This document shows, piece after piece, positions 51,019-60,389 of a DNA stretch of 64,000 nucleotides. Positions within the stretch are counted from its first letter, which is position 1. Each line of letters starts with the position of its first letter. The stretch lies in the sequence record SRR16203515_705; one strand, given 5' to 3'. The notes beneath the pieces were generated by a model, which did not search any database, was not told the origin of the DNA, and was given only the letters and a program-made list of their open reading frames with translations. The translations under genes were made by a program, and so were the position numbers.

Positions 51019-52131
51019 ATGGATCTCTCGCAAGAAGACAGCCTCAGACTCAACGTTTTGGTCAAAACCTCAGTCGCCATACGGATCGATGAAAATCAAC
51101 TGGTTATTTTTGGTCTCGCCGACAGCAAAGAGCGCAGAATTGATCTCAAACCCTCGGGCAATGCAGGCCAATACCTGCGTCTCATTCGCGAACACCTTTC
51201 GAACCTCGTGCTCGGAACGCCCGGTGGCTACCCGGTGTTTATTCAACGCTGGACCCGAAGTGGCGCGCTTGGCGCTGAACGACTGAGCAAATTACTTTGC
51301 CTCGGTGAAACAGAGGCTGTTGTTGCTGTTGCCGCGTCACCGAACATTACTGACACGTTAGCAGGTCGAGCATGGTGGTGCCTCCCAACTGCAGAAGTGG
51401 CGCGTCTCATGTTGCGTCGAAGTCAAGTCATCAAAGGCCAAACCGGTCCCCCGCTCGCGCAGTTTTTGCTTGAATATCTCCCGTTCGAAATTGAAAGCAC
51501 GGTCATCATTCAAACCGTGCAAATTCTGCTCGTCTCGGAACTGATTGATCAATCTGAAAAAGCCCGACTCTGGGCCAGAGGGCAAAAAAATGCCGCCTAC
51601 CTTATCGGTTTCCTGAGCGCAGGCCCTGAATATATGATTCAAACTGATCATCAAAAATCCGTCGGAATAGCGGACCTGGCCAAACCGTCCAAAACTTTTG
51701 CCCAGCACATTGAACGCGCCCTCTCACAAACAGGGAAACAATATCTTGAGGGTTGCACGCGCGCGCTGCGAACCGCAACCGATATGGACTCTGTCGTCGA
51801 AACGTTGGAAGCGTTGCATCGATTTCTCATGCCAATTGCAGACACCCCACAACTCCCTCGGACACCTCATTTGCTGCGTATTGCCGCTCGCGAGCGTTTT
51901 AATTGAGCCGCCTCTATATTTGATGATGAAGAGTTCGCCTTTATCCTTAGTCGCTATTCTGAATCCGATATCAAAGCGATAATCTTACTCAGCCTTGTCG
52001 GTGAGCCCCTCGTGGCGCCCATATTTGCCATCACTGATGCGAGCGGTAGTCTGATGCGAAAAAAACTCGCCCCCGCGCTCGATCCTGCGTTTGAAGCAAT
52101 CAAAGCGCTCGGCATCGCGGAGAATGACTAG
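51019..52131 (+). pseudogene. dsrS: dsrS interrupted by one in-frame TGA (51904-51906)
   Basis: MDLSQEDSLRLNVL..AIRIDE, LGTPGGYPVFIQRWTR, LGETEAVVAVA..., RAWW. The same frame continues after the TGA (...PIFAITDASGSLMRKKLAP...END*) to TAG 52131. Confidence 0.8.
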
Positions 52132-53876
52132 ATCGGAACGTATCCTGGATTGTTCTTGATACCTTTTACTTTAGGAACATTTGCCACAACGTCTTGAATC
52201 ACTTTTTGGTCGCGCAAGTACTCCGCCAGGACGTCCCAAATATCAGGCAGCTCATCCGGCTGAGGATTCACACTGGCCCATCCCGCCACCTTGTAAAGAC
52301 GAGAGGGATCGATCGGCTTTCCATTAAGTTCAAGATCAGACAAACGCTGCCCCATCGGTGCGGAAGGATTAATTGCGTAGCGTAATCCACCGATCCGAAC
52401 CATGTCGCCGCCCATCTGGTAATAGGGATCCGTATTGAAAAGATTGTCTGCGATATCCTCGAGAACCAGCTTGATGTTTTCGCCCGACAGCTCGTTAAGC
52501 GTCGATTTAGCATAAGTAATACCCGTCTGGTCCATGACTCGCTCGACCGTTATGTCATCTCCCGGAAGCAAACTCGTCCCCCATCTAAAACCGGGCGAGA
52601 ACGCGATATCAGCACCGCGCACCTCCATCAGTGCATCCACAATCACCTGATCAAAAGTACCGGTAAAGTTTCCCCGCCGATACAAAGTGGTCTCGGTTTT
52701 AGCCAAAACAGTCTCGAGCTGCTGTTTAAACGGTTCGCGCACACCCTCGATATACGCTGACATTTCCGGATCAGCGGGCAGCAAATTAGCAAATACAGGC
52801 AGCAGGCGATAGCGAAAATCAGCAACCTTCCCGTCGCGGACGTCAAGATCCATCACCGAGAGAAACTTGCTATTCGACCCTGAATTTGCAACTAACGTTT
52901 TGCCGCGAGCATTCTGAACCACACTCGGCAGCGGCATCCCATCATGCGTATGCCCACCCAGAATGACATCGATTCCCGTAACGCGACTGGCGAGCTTTAA
53001 ATCAACGTCCATTCCATTGTGAGACAGAAGCACAACGACTTGTGCACCTTGGGCCCGAACCTCGTCAACCATCTGTTGACATTGCTCCTCTCGAATACCA
53101 AAACTCCAATCCTCAATTAAATATCGCGGGTTGGCCAGCGTGGTATACGGGAAAGCCTGACCAATAATGCCGACGGGAATGCCGTTCATTTCCCGGAGGG
53201 TATACGGCTTAAAAACCTGTCCTGACTCCTGATCAAAAGCCGGTTTATCGTCAAACGAAGCGTCTTCCGTCAACATAATATTCTGCGCGAGAAATTCAAT
53301 AGGCGAGAGCTGTGTGTCTACGATCTCCCGTACACGATCAATGCCGTACGTGAACTCCCAATGACCAGTCATGATGTCAACACCCAGTAACTTGCAGGCT
53401 TCCACCATGTCCTGACCTTGCGTCCACAGTGCGGTGGCAGAACCTTGCCAGGTATCGCCACCATCCATCAAAAGGCTGTTTGGACGTGAGGCCCTAAGCC
53501 GCTTCACCAATGTCGCCAGATGCGCAAATCCACCGACCTTTCCGTATTTACGTGCGGCAGCCTCGAAGTCCAGGTAGGTAAAAGCATGCGCATTCGCAGA
53601 ATGGGCAGGCACTTTAAAATGATTAAGAAAATGCTCGCCGACAACATGAGGCGGCTTGCCTAGCGCGTTGCCGATACCGATGTTGAAATTTGGCTCCCGA
53701 AAATACACGGGCATTAATTGCGCATGACAGTCGGTAAAGTGTAAAAGGGAAAGATTGCCAAATGTCGGCAAATCGTAGTCGACACTCGCATCAGCAAATA
53801 CTCGGCTATTTACCGCCATTCCCGCAGCACTTGCCATGGCAAGCAACCGCATGAACTCTCGTCGATTGATACCCAT
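52128..53876 (-). CDS. soxB: Thiosulfohydrolase SoxB
   Basis: Tat signal NRREF, TDCHAQL, DGGDTWQGS, HWEFTYG, LSHNG, GGHTHD, SPGFRWG; start placed at ATG 53876. Confidence 0.96.
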   Translation of the reverse strand: MGINRREFMRLLAMASAAGMAVNSRVFADASVDYDLPTFGNLSLLHFTDCHAQLMPVYFREPNFNIGIGNALGKPPHVVGEHFLNHFKVPAHSANAHAFTYLDFEAAARKYGKVGGFAHLATLVKRLRASRPNSLLMDGGDTWQGSATALWTQGQDMVEACKLLGVDIMTGHWEFTYGIDRVREIVDTQLSPIEFLAQNIMLTEDASFDDKPAFDQESGQVFKPYTLREMNGIPVGIIGQAFPYTTLANPRYLIEDWSFGIREEQCQQMVDEVRAQGAQVVVLLSHNGMDVDLKLASRVTGIDVILGGHTHDGMPLPSVVQNARGKTLVANSGSNSKFLSVMDLDVRDGKVADFRYRLLPVFANLLPADPEMSAYIEGVREPFKQQLETVLAKTETTLYRRGNFTGTFDQVIVDALMEVRGADIAFSPGFRWGTSLLPGDDITVERVMDQTGITYAKSTLNELSGENIKLVLEDIADNLFNTDPYYQMGGDMVRIGGLRYAINPSAPMGQRLSDLELNGKPIDPSRLYKVAGWASVNPQPDELPDIWDVLAEYLRDQKVIQDVVANVPKVKGIKNNPGYVPI

Positions 53877-53925
53877 ATCAGCCTTCCTCTCGAGATGATC
53901 AGTATTTAAAAGGAGTTTTAGAGAC

Positions 53926-53956
53926 AAAAAAACCCGGCTCACTCGCCAGGTTTTTT
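53926..53956 (-). terminator. Rho-independent terminator between soxA and soxB
   Basis: Minus strand: CCTGGC-GAGTGA-GCCGGG-TTTTTTT. Confidence 0.65.
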
Positions 53957-53962
53957 AACCCA

Positions 53963-53994
53963 TGATGCCGAAGCGATTGATCGCTTCGGCATCA
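53963..53994. repeat. Perfect 14-bp inverted repeat downstream of soxA
   Basis: TGATGCCGAAGCGA-TTGA-TCGCTTCGGCATCA. Confidence 0.8.
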
Positions 53995-54010
53995 AGCTAA
54001 ATGAGAGAAA

Positions 54011-54865
54011 TTACTGACGCAGACTCGGCACCTTTAATGGAATGCCGGTATTCATCACAGACTCATAAAACTCTAACGCCTTGTACTCCTCGCCCTGTGC
54101 CTTAAAGGGATGCGCGCGAACTTGCTTGGTACAGCCGCCATAACGGCGATGAATTGTGCCCCAGGGTTTGCCCGCAACCTGCCACTTCGTACGCCATACC
54201 GGAAAGCCGACGCCGTGACCAAGACCCGCACTTAACACATCGCCACGAACGCTGTTACCGGAGTTATGGACATGACAATCCGCACATGAAAAATTTAACT
54301 GGCCGCGTTTTGCCCAATAAATCTGTCGTCCCTTGGCATACCAATCCTGAGCGCCCGGATCAGAGTAATCAACCGCCATTCGCTCGCCATTAAACTGCGA
54401 CTTGTAATGAGCGACCAATCTGGCCATCTTGCCACGCTTAACGTTCTTGATGACTTCTTCGCCGTTGGCTTTCAAACACGCGTTGATATCGCCTTCGATA
54501 GTGCGCAAATCCCCGCTAGCCGCGTCAAACACCGGATAGGTATTACCCGGTGCCAGGTCACAATCGGCAAGCGACTTTCCATTCGCAAATGGCGCGCTCC
54601 ACTCAGTAGCTGCCTTGTCCATCTCGGGCTCATACTGAGGAAAATCCATATTGATTTCCCAGTTCGCGCGTCGCGCGGCATATTGCGGCAACGCGTTTAC
54701 CCCGTCTTGGAAATCATCAAGGGTCAGTCCCGGAAAACGTTTCAGAAAAAATCCCTGAAACTCCTCGATATCTTTTGAGATTTCCGCCTCAGAGATCGCT
54801 TGAACGGCTGACGCCCCTGTCATCGCGATACCCGCTGCTAGGGATAGCATTAATAGTCTTTTCAT
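54011..54865 (-). CDS. soxA: SoxA cytochrome c (single CxxCH)
   Basis: KRGQLNFSCADCH; active-site RRYGGCTKQVRA; EYKALEFY. Confidence 0.94.
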   Translation of the reverse strand: MKRLLMLSLAAGIAMTGASAVQAISEAEISKDIEEFQGFFLKRFPGLTLDDFQDGVNALPQYAARRANWEINMDFPQYEPEMDKAATEWSAPFANGKSLADCDLAPGNTYPVFDAASGDLRTIEGDINACLKANGEEVIKNVKRGKMARLVAHYKSQFNGERMAVDYSDPGAQDWYAKGRQIYWAKRGQLNFSCADCHVHNSGNSVRGDVLSAGLGHGVGFPVWRTKWQVAGKPWGTIHRRYGGCTKQVRAHPFKAQGEEYKALEFYESVMNTGIPLKVPSLRQ

Positions 54866-54929
54866 TTGTTCGACTCTCCTTTTAGTGTCGATGCCTTAGG
54901 GCCTGACCGCCCTAGCGCAGGCAAATCAA

Positions 54930-55244
54930 TTACGATACCGTTTTTTCCGCGCTGTCTGATTCGCCCATGTTGTCTACCCAGCTTACCGTGATCGTATCGC
55001 CAGATTTGGAATTAGCCAGATGAATACTAATCAGGGGATTTGTGGAAACGCCTGTCCCGAGATCCGCTTGCGCAACTGCTGTTCCGTTAAGCGCGAACTC
55101 CATGGTTTTAATAAAATGTGCGGGAATCTTTTCCCCCGTTTTTTTATCTTTCCGAAGACCGGTTTCCATGGGATGCTTGGCGAGGACCATCACATCATGG
55201 CCGCCCTCAGCGCTCTTTTTAATTTTCATTTTGGTCGATGCCAT
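54930..55244 (-). CDS. soxZ: SoxZ
   Basis: HPMETGLRKD, IPAHFI, VSTNP, WVDN.G. Confidence 0.96.
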   Translation of the reverse strand: MASTKMKIKKSAEGGHDVMVLAKHPMETGLRKDKKTGEKIPAHFIKTMEFALNGTAVAQADLGTGVSTNPLISIHLANSKSGDTITVSWVDNMGESDSAEKTVS

Positions 55245-55275
55245 TATTTACTCTCCTACTGAATACTGTGAGGGA

Positions 55276-55746
55276 TTAGCCGCCGCAACCGCCGACCGTA
55301 ACTTTAATTTCTTGGGAGGTCATGTAAATCTTGCCGCCCGCTTTCACGTAGCAATTTACCGGTGAAGTCTGTCCCATCTTGATGCGCGCGCTGTACATTG
55401 CGCCGGCACCACCGCCCATCACCTCTAGACCTGTTGTAAAAGGAGCTGGATTTTTCACAACAATCACACCGATTGATTCCACATTGGCGAGGGACGTCAT
55501 CACCTTAATCGGGACAACCGCGCCATTTTCGGCCTGCAGCGGTGCTTTTAATGATACTTCGTCACTTTCAACTACGTCGGATGATCCGAAGAAAGCTTCG
55601 AGCGCCTCGGCTTCGGGGCGCGGTCCAAACGCACTCTCCGGCCAAGCTGCGGCCAAAACTCGAGTTGGGCTCAACAGGCCCGCGCCCGCAGCCACGGCAA
55701 GCGTGCTGGCGGCTACTGATCCTTTCAGAAATATTCTTCGTTTCAT
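55276..55746 (-). CDS. soxY: SoxY
   Basis: Tat signal KRRIFLK, AENGAVVP, C-terminal KVTVGGCGG. Confidence 0.97.
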   Translation of the reverse strand: MKRRIFLKGSVAASTLAVAAGAGLLSPTRVLAAAWPESAFGPRPEAEALEAFFGSSDVVESDEVSLKAPLQAENGAVVPIKVMTSLANVESIGVIVVKNPAPFTTGLEVMGGGAGAMYSARIKMGQTSPVNCYVKAGGKIYMTSQEIKVTVGGCGG

Positions 55747-55822
55747 AATTTATCTCTTCCTCAATTTTTAAACTATTTCAAATAGTAGATCGTGATTTAA
55801 AACCGTACCGGTAAAACCGCTA

Positions 55823-56248
55823 CTAAATTGATAGCAACCAATCAACAAGATTGTCGATATCTTGCTCACTAATCAACTTGTGCTTTCCAAAAGGCGGCAT
55901 GGACGTGTTCGGATTTTTAACCGTTGGATCCCAAATCTGCGCCCTGAGATCCTCGCGATTCGGATAACGCGCTTTCATTGCCACGAGCGGAGGCGCAATA
56001 TTGCCGCCCGTTGGAAAACCTTCAGGCCAGGGGCTCACCATAGCCTGATGACAGGCCAAGCAATTACCTCCACGTCGATTCACCGCAACGCACCATCCTT
56101 TAATGACGCTGTCGGCATCTTTTGCCACCTTTTTACACTCTTTATCAGTCGGCCATTCTCCCGCCTGGGCGACTGGGCTAACGCCAACAGTTAAGATCAT
56201 TGATACCGCTGCCGCGAAAGCAAGCAAACCTGTCTTCAATCTACGCAT
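55823..56248 (-). CDS. soxX: SoxX cytochrome c
   Basis: RGGNCLACH, GNIAPPL, MPPFG; ATG 56248 with GGAGGAG RBS. Confidence 0.94.
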   Translation of the reverse strand: MRRLKTGLLAFAAAVSMILTVGVSPVAQAGEWPTDKECKKVAKDADSVIKGWCVAVNRRGGNCLACHQAMVSPWPEGFPTGGNIAPPLVAMKARYPNREDLRAQIWDPTVKNPNTSMPPFGKHKLISEQDIDNLVDWLLSI

Positions 56249-56491
56249 TTTTCTCCTCCAGTTACTCCGCTTCGCAGTCATGCGGCCTACAAGCGGTTCG
56301 TTGCGATCTAGTTAGCATGCTTCATTAAGCTTCGATATAGATCATTTCATCGACAGAATCTATCGGCATTTTTACCCAAAAAGCATGGATCTCGCAAGCC
56401 TGTTAATTGCCCCTTTAGCTGTATAGGATTTTGAAAGCCGAATAGATCTTTTATTAAAACTGCCTTCCGATCTCTCTTTTTGAAATAAACG

Positions 56492-57946
56492 CTACGGCTT
56501 TGATGGCTGCAACGCCTCTAACTCACTGATTTTTGAAGTAATACTGGCTTCTAAGTAGGCATTATCTGAAACGAGCGTACTGGCGTGCTGAAGCGCCCCG
56601 ATCGCTCTGCTGACCTCATCCTGAAGAAAATAATATTCCGCCAGCGCCTGAAAAGATTGCGGCAGGTTGCCGGCCTCTCCTTCCACTCTTGCCATCAGTC
56701 GGTAAAGAAAAGCGTTTGATGGCGCGGCACGAATCGCACGGCGAAGGACTTTGCGTGACACCTCAAAACGACCTGCTTTCATCAACGCATCCGCAAAATA
56801 GTAGGCCACAACCGTTGATTCAGGCGTCTCAAGTGCCAGGGTCTCGAGGTGGCTAACGGCATCCTCTACCTGCCCACTTTGAAGCAATGCGTCTGCCAAC
56901 GCCAGACGATAAGAAACATCTCCGGGAAAATCTCGATGCAGATCTGAGGCCAACTTAATGGCTTCGTCATAATTGCCAAATCGGATCAAAGTCAGCACCT
57001 GGCCATAACGGGCTGCTCGCGCGTCTATGGTCACCGTTGAGTCAAGATGATGGGTAAAATTCGCGAGCACGCTATCCGCGCCCCCCGCACCATAAAGCGC
57101 TTGAATGCGCACTCGCGCATGATAGAAGTCAAGCGAGGGTGGCTCAGCAAAATCTGGATACTGCCGAATCCGAGACTCAACAAGCGCGATGCGGTTCTGA
57201 GTCAGGGGGTGGGTTCTCAAATATTCTGGTGCGCCAGACGATTGCAATCGGGTCTCCTGATCCAAGCGCTTTAGAAACTGAATAGTGGCAGAGGCCGGAT
57301 AACCGGCATCGGTCAAAATTCTCAAGCCTAGGACGTCGGCTTCACGCTCATACTCTCGGTTGTAGTTCAGTTGATCCGCAACCGCCGCACCACTCGTTGC
57401 GGCCATTGCAGCGGCGCCAACTTGCCCGCCGAGTAAAATTCCGGCCAGCATCGCCGCGGTTGTCGGCAGTTTTCGCTGGCGCGATCGTTCCATCATTCGA
57501 GGTAGATGTCGCTGGGCCACGTGCCCCAATTCGTGTGCAATCACGGACGCCAGCTCCGCCTCAGTCTGGGTCGCAGTTACAAGGCCTGTGAATACAGCCA
57601 TTCGACTGCCCGGACCGGCGAAAGCATTCACCATCGGACTGTCGATCAAAAAAAAGCGAAGGCTGTCCGTATCGCCCACAAGACCCCGTGACAGCCTCTG
57701 GCCCAGCGCGCTCACATATTCCGTGAGGAGCGGATCATCAATGAAAACAAGCTGTTTACGTGCAGCCGCGATGAATTCCCGACCCATCGCCTGCTCTTCC
57801 GGCGAGGTCATAATGCCAGACTGGAGACTGCCCAAGGGCGAATCTTGCTCAGCACTGCCAGCCCCGCAAAATAAGGCTAAGGACAGGCTTAGGCACGCCA
57901 TCGAAGTCTTTAGGGTAAGGTGTCGAGCTGCTCTGGTCATATTCAC
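56492..57946 (-). CDS. bepA: M48 metalloprotease with TPRs (BepA/YfgC)
   Basis: NAFA.PG, AHELGHV, EREAD, YLRTHP; C-terminal TPRs. Confidence 0.88.
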   Translation of the reverse strand: MNMTRAARHLTLKTSMACLSLSLALFCGAGSAEQDSPLGSLQSGIMTSPEEQAMGREFIAAARKQLVFIDDPLLTEYVSALGQRLSRGLVGDTDSLRFFLIDSPMVNAFAGPGSRMAVFTGLVTATQTEAELASVIAHELGHVAQRHLPRMMERSRQRKLPTTAAMLAGILLGGQVGAAAMAATSGAAVADQLNYNREYEREADVLGLRILTDAGYPASATIQFLKRLDQETRLQSSGAPEYLRTHPLTQNRIALVESRIRQYPDFAEPPSLDFYHARVRIQALYGAGGADSVLANFTHHLDSTVTIDARAARYGQVLTLIRFGNYDEAIKLASDLHRDFPGDVSYRLALADALLQSGQVEDAVSHLETLALETPESTVVAYYFADALMKAGRFEVSRKVLRRAIRAAPSNAFLYRLMARVEGEAGNLPQSFQALAEYYFLQDEVSRAIGALQHASTLVSDNAYLEASITSKISELEALQPSKP

Positions 57947-58083
57947 TCCCTAAGTTTATCAGTCACTTTTGCGATTGCTGATTGGATTCATCGTTCCCCG
58001 AAGATAAAATTACGCAGCGCGAGTTGGAATCCTGCCACTCGGCGATGATCAGCAAAAACACGGTGCCACCCCCGGAGAAGGTA

Positions 58084-59349
58084 ATGTTGCAAAAAATGAG
58101 CAAAGATGACCTTACGAATCGAGAGATTGAATTGCGTAACCAATTCAACGCGGCTTGTCAGGCGGGACTAAAACTTGATATGACCCGGGGGAAACCATCG
58201 CCCGAACAGTTGGATCTCGCTAACCCAATGCTATCGCTACCCGGAGATGGGGTATTTACAGATTCGCACGGCGTGGACTGCCGGAACTATGGCGGCATTG
58301 ACGGACTGCCGCAGATGAAAGCGCTTTTCGCTGATATCCTCGGTTGCGAACCCCAAGATGTCATTGTCAGCGGCAACAGCAGTTTGACGATGATGTATGA
58401 CGCGGTTGCTCGCGCAGTCCTATTCGGTGTCCCCGGCGGCGAACAGCCCTGGAGTCAACAGGGCACAGTTCGATTTCTCTGTCCAGCGCCGGGATATGAC
58501 CGGCATTTTGAAATTACGTCTCATTTGGGTTTCGAGTTGCTCAATGTTGAATTGACTGACGCGGGTCCTGATATGGATCGGGTCGAGATGCTTGCCGCGG
58601 ATCACGCCGTAAAAGGCATCTGGTGTGTCCCTCGCTACAGCAATCCGACCGGAATTACCTATACCGATGCGGTTGCGAGACGTTTAGCAACGATGAATGC
58701 CGCGCCAGACTTTCGGATCTTTTGGGATAACGCTTATGCCGAACACCATTTAACAGACGAGCGTCAGGCGGTTCCCGATATTCTGCAAGCCTGTCGTGAC
58801 GCGGGTCACCCCGACCGGGTTCTGATGTTCACATCAACATCTAAAATGACAATGGCAGGTGCGGGTGTATCAGCAATGGCCGCAAGCCCGGACAATATTA
58901 ATGATGCGCGGCGTCATCTTTCAATCCAAACCATCGGTCCCGACAAACTGAATCAACTGCGTCATCTCAATTTTTTCAAAAACATCGAGGGTCTCCGAGC
59001 CCACATGGCGCGGATCAGTGAGATCCTGAAACCCAAGTTTGACTTGGTCAATGAACTTCTTGAGCGCAACCTCGGTGGAAAAGGTATTGCGACATGGTCT
59101 CAGCCGAAGGGCGGCTACTTCGTTAATGTCAACGCGCCTGATGACTGCGCTCGAACCATCATTGATATGGCTGAAAAAGCCGGTGTCAAACTTACGCCCG
59201 CCGGCGCGCCGTTTGCTTATGGACTCGATCCACAAAATCGGGTGATTCGGCTGGCGCCGAGTTTCCCGCCGTTGGAGGATATTCGACAGGCGATGGAGAT
59301 TTTCACGCTTTGCGTCGAACTGGCAGCAGTCCGAAAAGCCTTAAATTAG
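58084..59349 (+). CDS. PLP-dependent class I/II aminotransferase (actinobacterial AspAT-like family)
   Basis: LDMTRGKP, DCRNYGG, PGYDRHF, P.YSNPTG, WDNAY, STSK, PKGGYF; ATG 58084 with RBS. Confidence 0.88.
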   Translation: MLQKMSKDDLTNREIELRNQFNAACQAGLKLDMTRGKPSPEQLDLANPMLSLPGDGVFTDSHGVDCRNYGGIDGLPQMKALFADILGCEPQDVIVSGNSSLTMMYDAVARAVLFGVPGGEQPWSQQGTVRFLCPAPGYDRHFEITSHLGFELLNVELTDAGPDMDRVEMLAADHAVKGIWCVPRYSNPTGITYTDAVARRLATMNAAPDFRIFWDNAYAEHHLTDERQAVPDILQACRDAGHPDRVLMFTSTSKMTMAGAGVSAMAASPDNINDARRHLSIQTIGPDKLNQLRHLNFFKNIEGLRAHMARISEILKPKFDLVNELLERNLGGKGIATWSQPKGGYFVNVNAPDDCARTIIDMAEKAGVKLTPAGAPFAYGLDPQNRVIRLAPSFPPLEDIRQAMEIFTLCVELAAVRKALN

Positions 59350-59433
59350 AAATTTTTGCGCTTTTTAGAGTTTATTTTTATATTTTAAAATTTGATTAAC
59401 TTCTAATATACTATTTATAAATAAAAGGTCTAA

Positions 59434-59478
59434 CCCCCCGTTAGGGTGATTACAACCGTCAACAACGGTGAGTAAAAA
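59434..59478 (+). promoter_or_regulatory. Putative tusA promoter with a 7-2-7 site
   Basis: CCCCCCG-TT-AGGGTGA (59434-59449) centred 31.5 bp upstream of TAAAAA (59473-59478, weak -10). Confidence 0.4.
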
Positions 59479-59557
59479 GGCTAACGAGAAAAATGTTTTG
59501 TTCTTTACGTCCCGTCGACGTTGTCAAAAAATTTAATTAATCAAGAGGAGAAAAATT

Positions 59558-59791
59558 ATGTCCGAGACCGATCAGGAATTAGATGCGCGGGGACTCAACT
59601 GCCCTTTACCTATCCTGCGGGCCAAGAAAACACTCAATGGCATGAGTGCCGGCGAGTTATTGAAAATCATTGCCACTGATCCCGGCTCTGTTAAAGATTT
59701 TCAGGCCTTCGCCACCCAAACGGGAAACGAGCTGATGTCGTCATCTGAAGAAAATGGCGAATTTCATTTTCTATTGAAGAAAGGCGGCTAA
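59558..59791 (+). CDS. tusA: Sulfur carrier TusA
   Basis: LDARGLNCPLPIL, ATDPGSVKDF. Confidence 0.94.
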   Translation: MSETDQELDARGLNCPLPILRAKKTLNGMSAGELLKIIATDPGSVKDFQAFATQTGNELMSSSEENGEFHFLLKKGG

Positions 59792-59842
59792 AACGCCTGC
59801 CGGCAATAAAGCAATGAAACCATAACCCGAAGGAGGCCATGA

Positions 59843-60322
59843 ATGACCGATAAAAGTATGACAATTATCGCGACCAAGGGCACCTTAGACTGGGCCTATC
59901 CGCCATTTATTCTATCGTCAACAGCCGCGGCGCTCGGTTACAACGTCACAATGTTTTTCACCTTCTACGGCCTTCAGTTGCTCAAAAAAGACCTGAGTCT
60001 TTCGGTCAGTCCCCTGGGTAATCCGGGTATGCCCATGCCCATGTCCATGGACAAATGGTTTCCGGTACTCGGTACCGCCATTCCCGGCATGCAGGCGATG
60101 ATGACCGGAATGATGAAAAACACAATCAAGTCTAAGGGGGTGGCGAGCGTTGCCGAACTTCGTGACCTGTGCATAGAAGCCGATGTAAAAATGATCGGCT
60201 GTCAGATGACCATTGATCTTTTTGATTTAAACCCAAAAGATCTGATTGACGAAATTGATCTAGGCGGCGCCGCAACCTATTTAGACCATGCAGGCGGATC
60301 GGACATCAACTTATTTATTTAA
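59843..60322 (+). CDS. dsrE2: DsrE2-type sulfurtransferase
   Basis: TKGTLDWAYPPFIL, FFTFYGL, GCQMT; follows tusA. Confidence 0.88.
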   Translation: MTDKSMTIIATKGTLDWAYPPFILSSTAAALGYNVTMFFTFYGLQLLKKDLSLSVSPLGNPGMPMPMSMDKWFPVLGTAIPGMQAMMTGMMKNTIKSKGVASVAELRDLCIEADVKMIGCQMTIDLFDLNPKDLIDEIDLGGAATYLDHAGGSDINLFI

Positions 60323-60338
60323 GATGACCAAGCTCCTC

Positions 60339-60367
60339 AAAAAAGGCGCCTTTCAGGCGCCTTTTTT
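60339..60367. terminator. Bidirectional terminator between convergent genes
   Basis: AAAAAAGGCGCC-TTTCA-GGCGCCTTTTTT. Confidence 0.85.
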
Positions 60368-60389
60368 GCTGATTCCCTCTAAAGCCGGG

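Noticed and set aside
51904-51960. Selenocysteine recoding or genome-wide TGA reassignment at the dsrS TGA
   Set aside because: There is no convincing SECIS-like hairpin after the TGA, and the site is not in a redox motif. TGA is a normal stop for many genes here (e.g. tldD, hisD, ptsI).
45339-52131. CRISPR array or mini-array near cas6
   Set aside because: Intergenic gaps are short, and I found no direct repeats with regular spacers here or elsewhere by eye. A single degenerate repeat cannot be excluded.
56373-56424. 7-2-7 sites upstream of soxX (TACCCAA..., TGCCCCT-TT-AGCTGTA)
   Set aside because: They lack the GGGWKA half-site and a good -10 at the expected spacing, so they are too weak to include.
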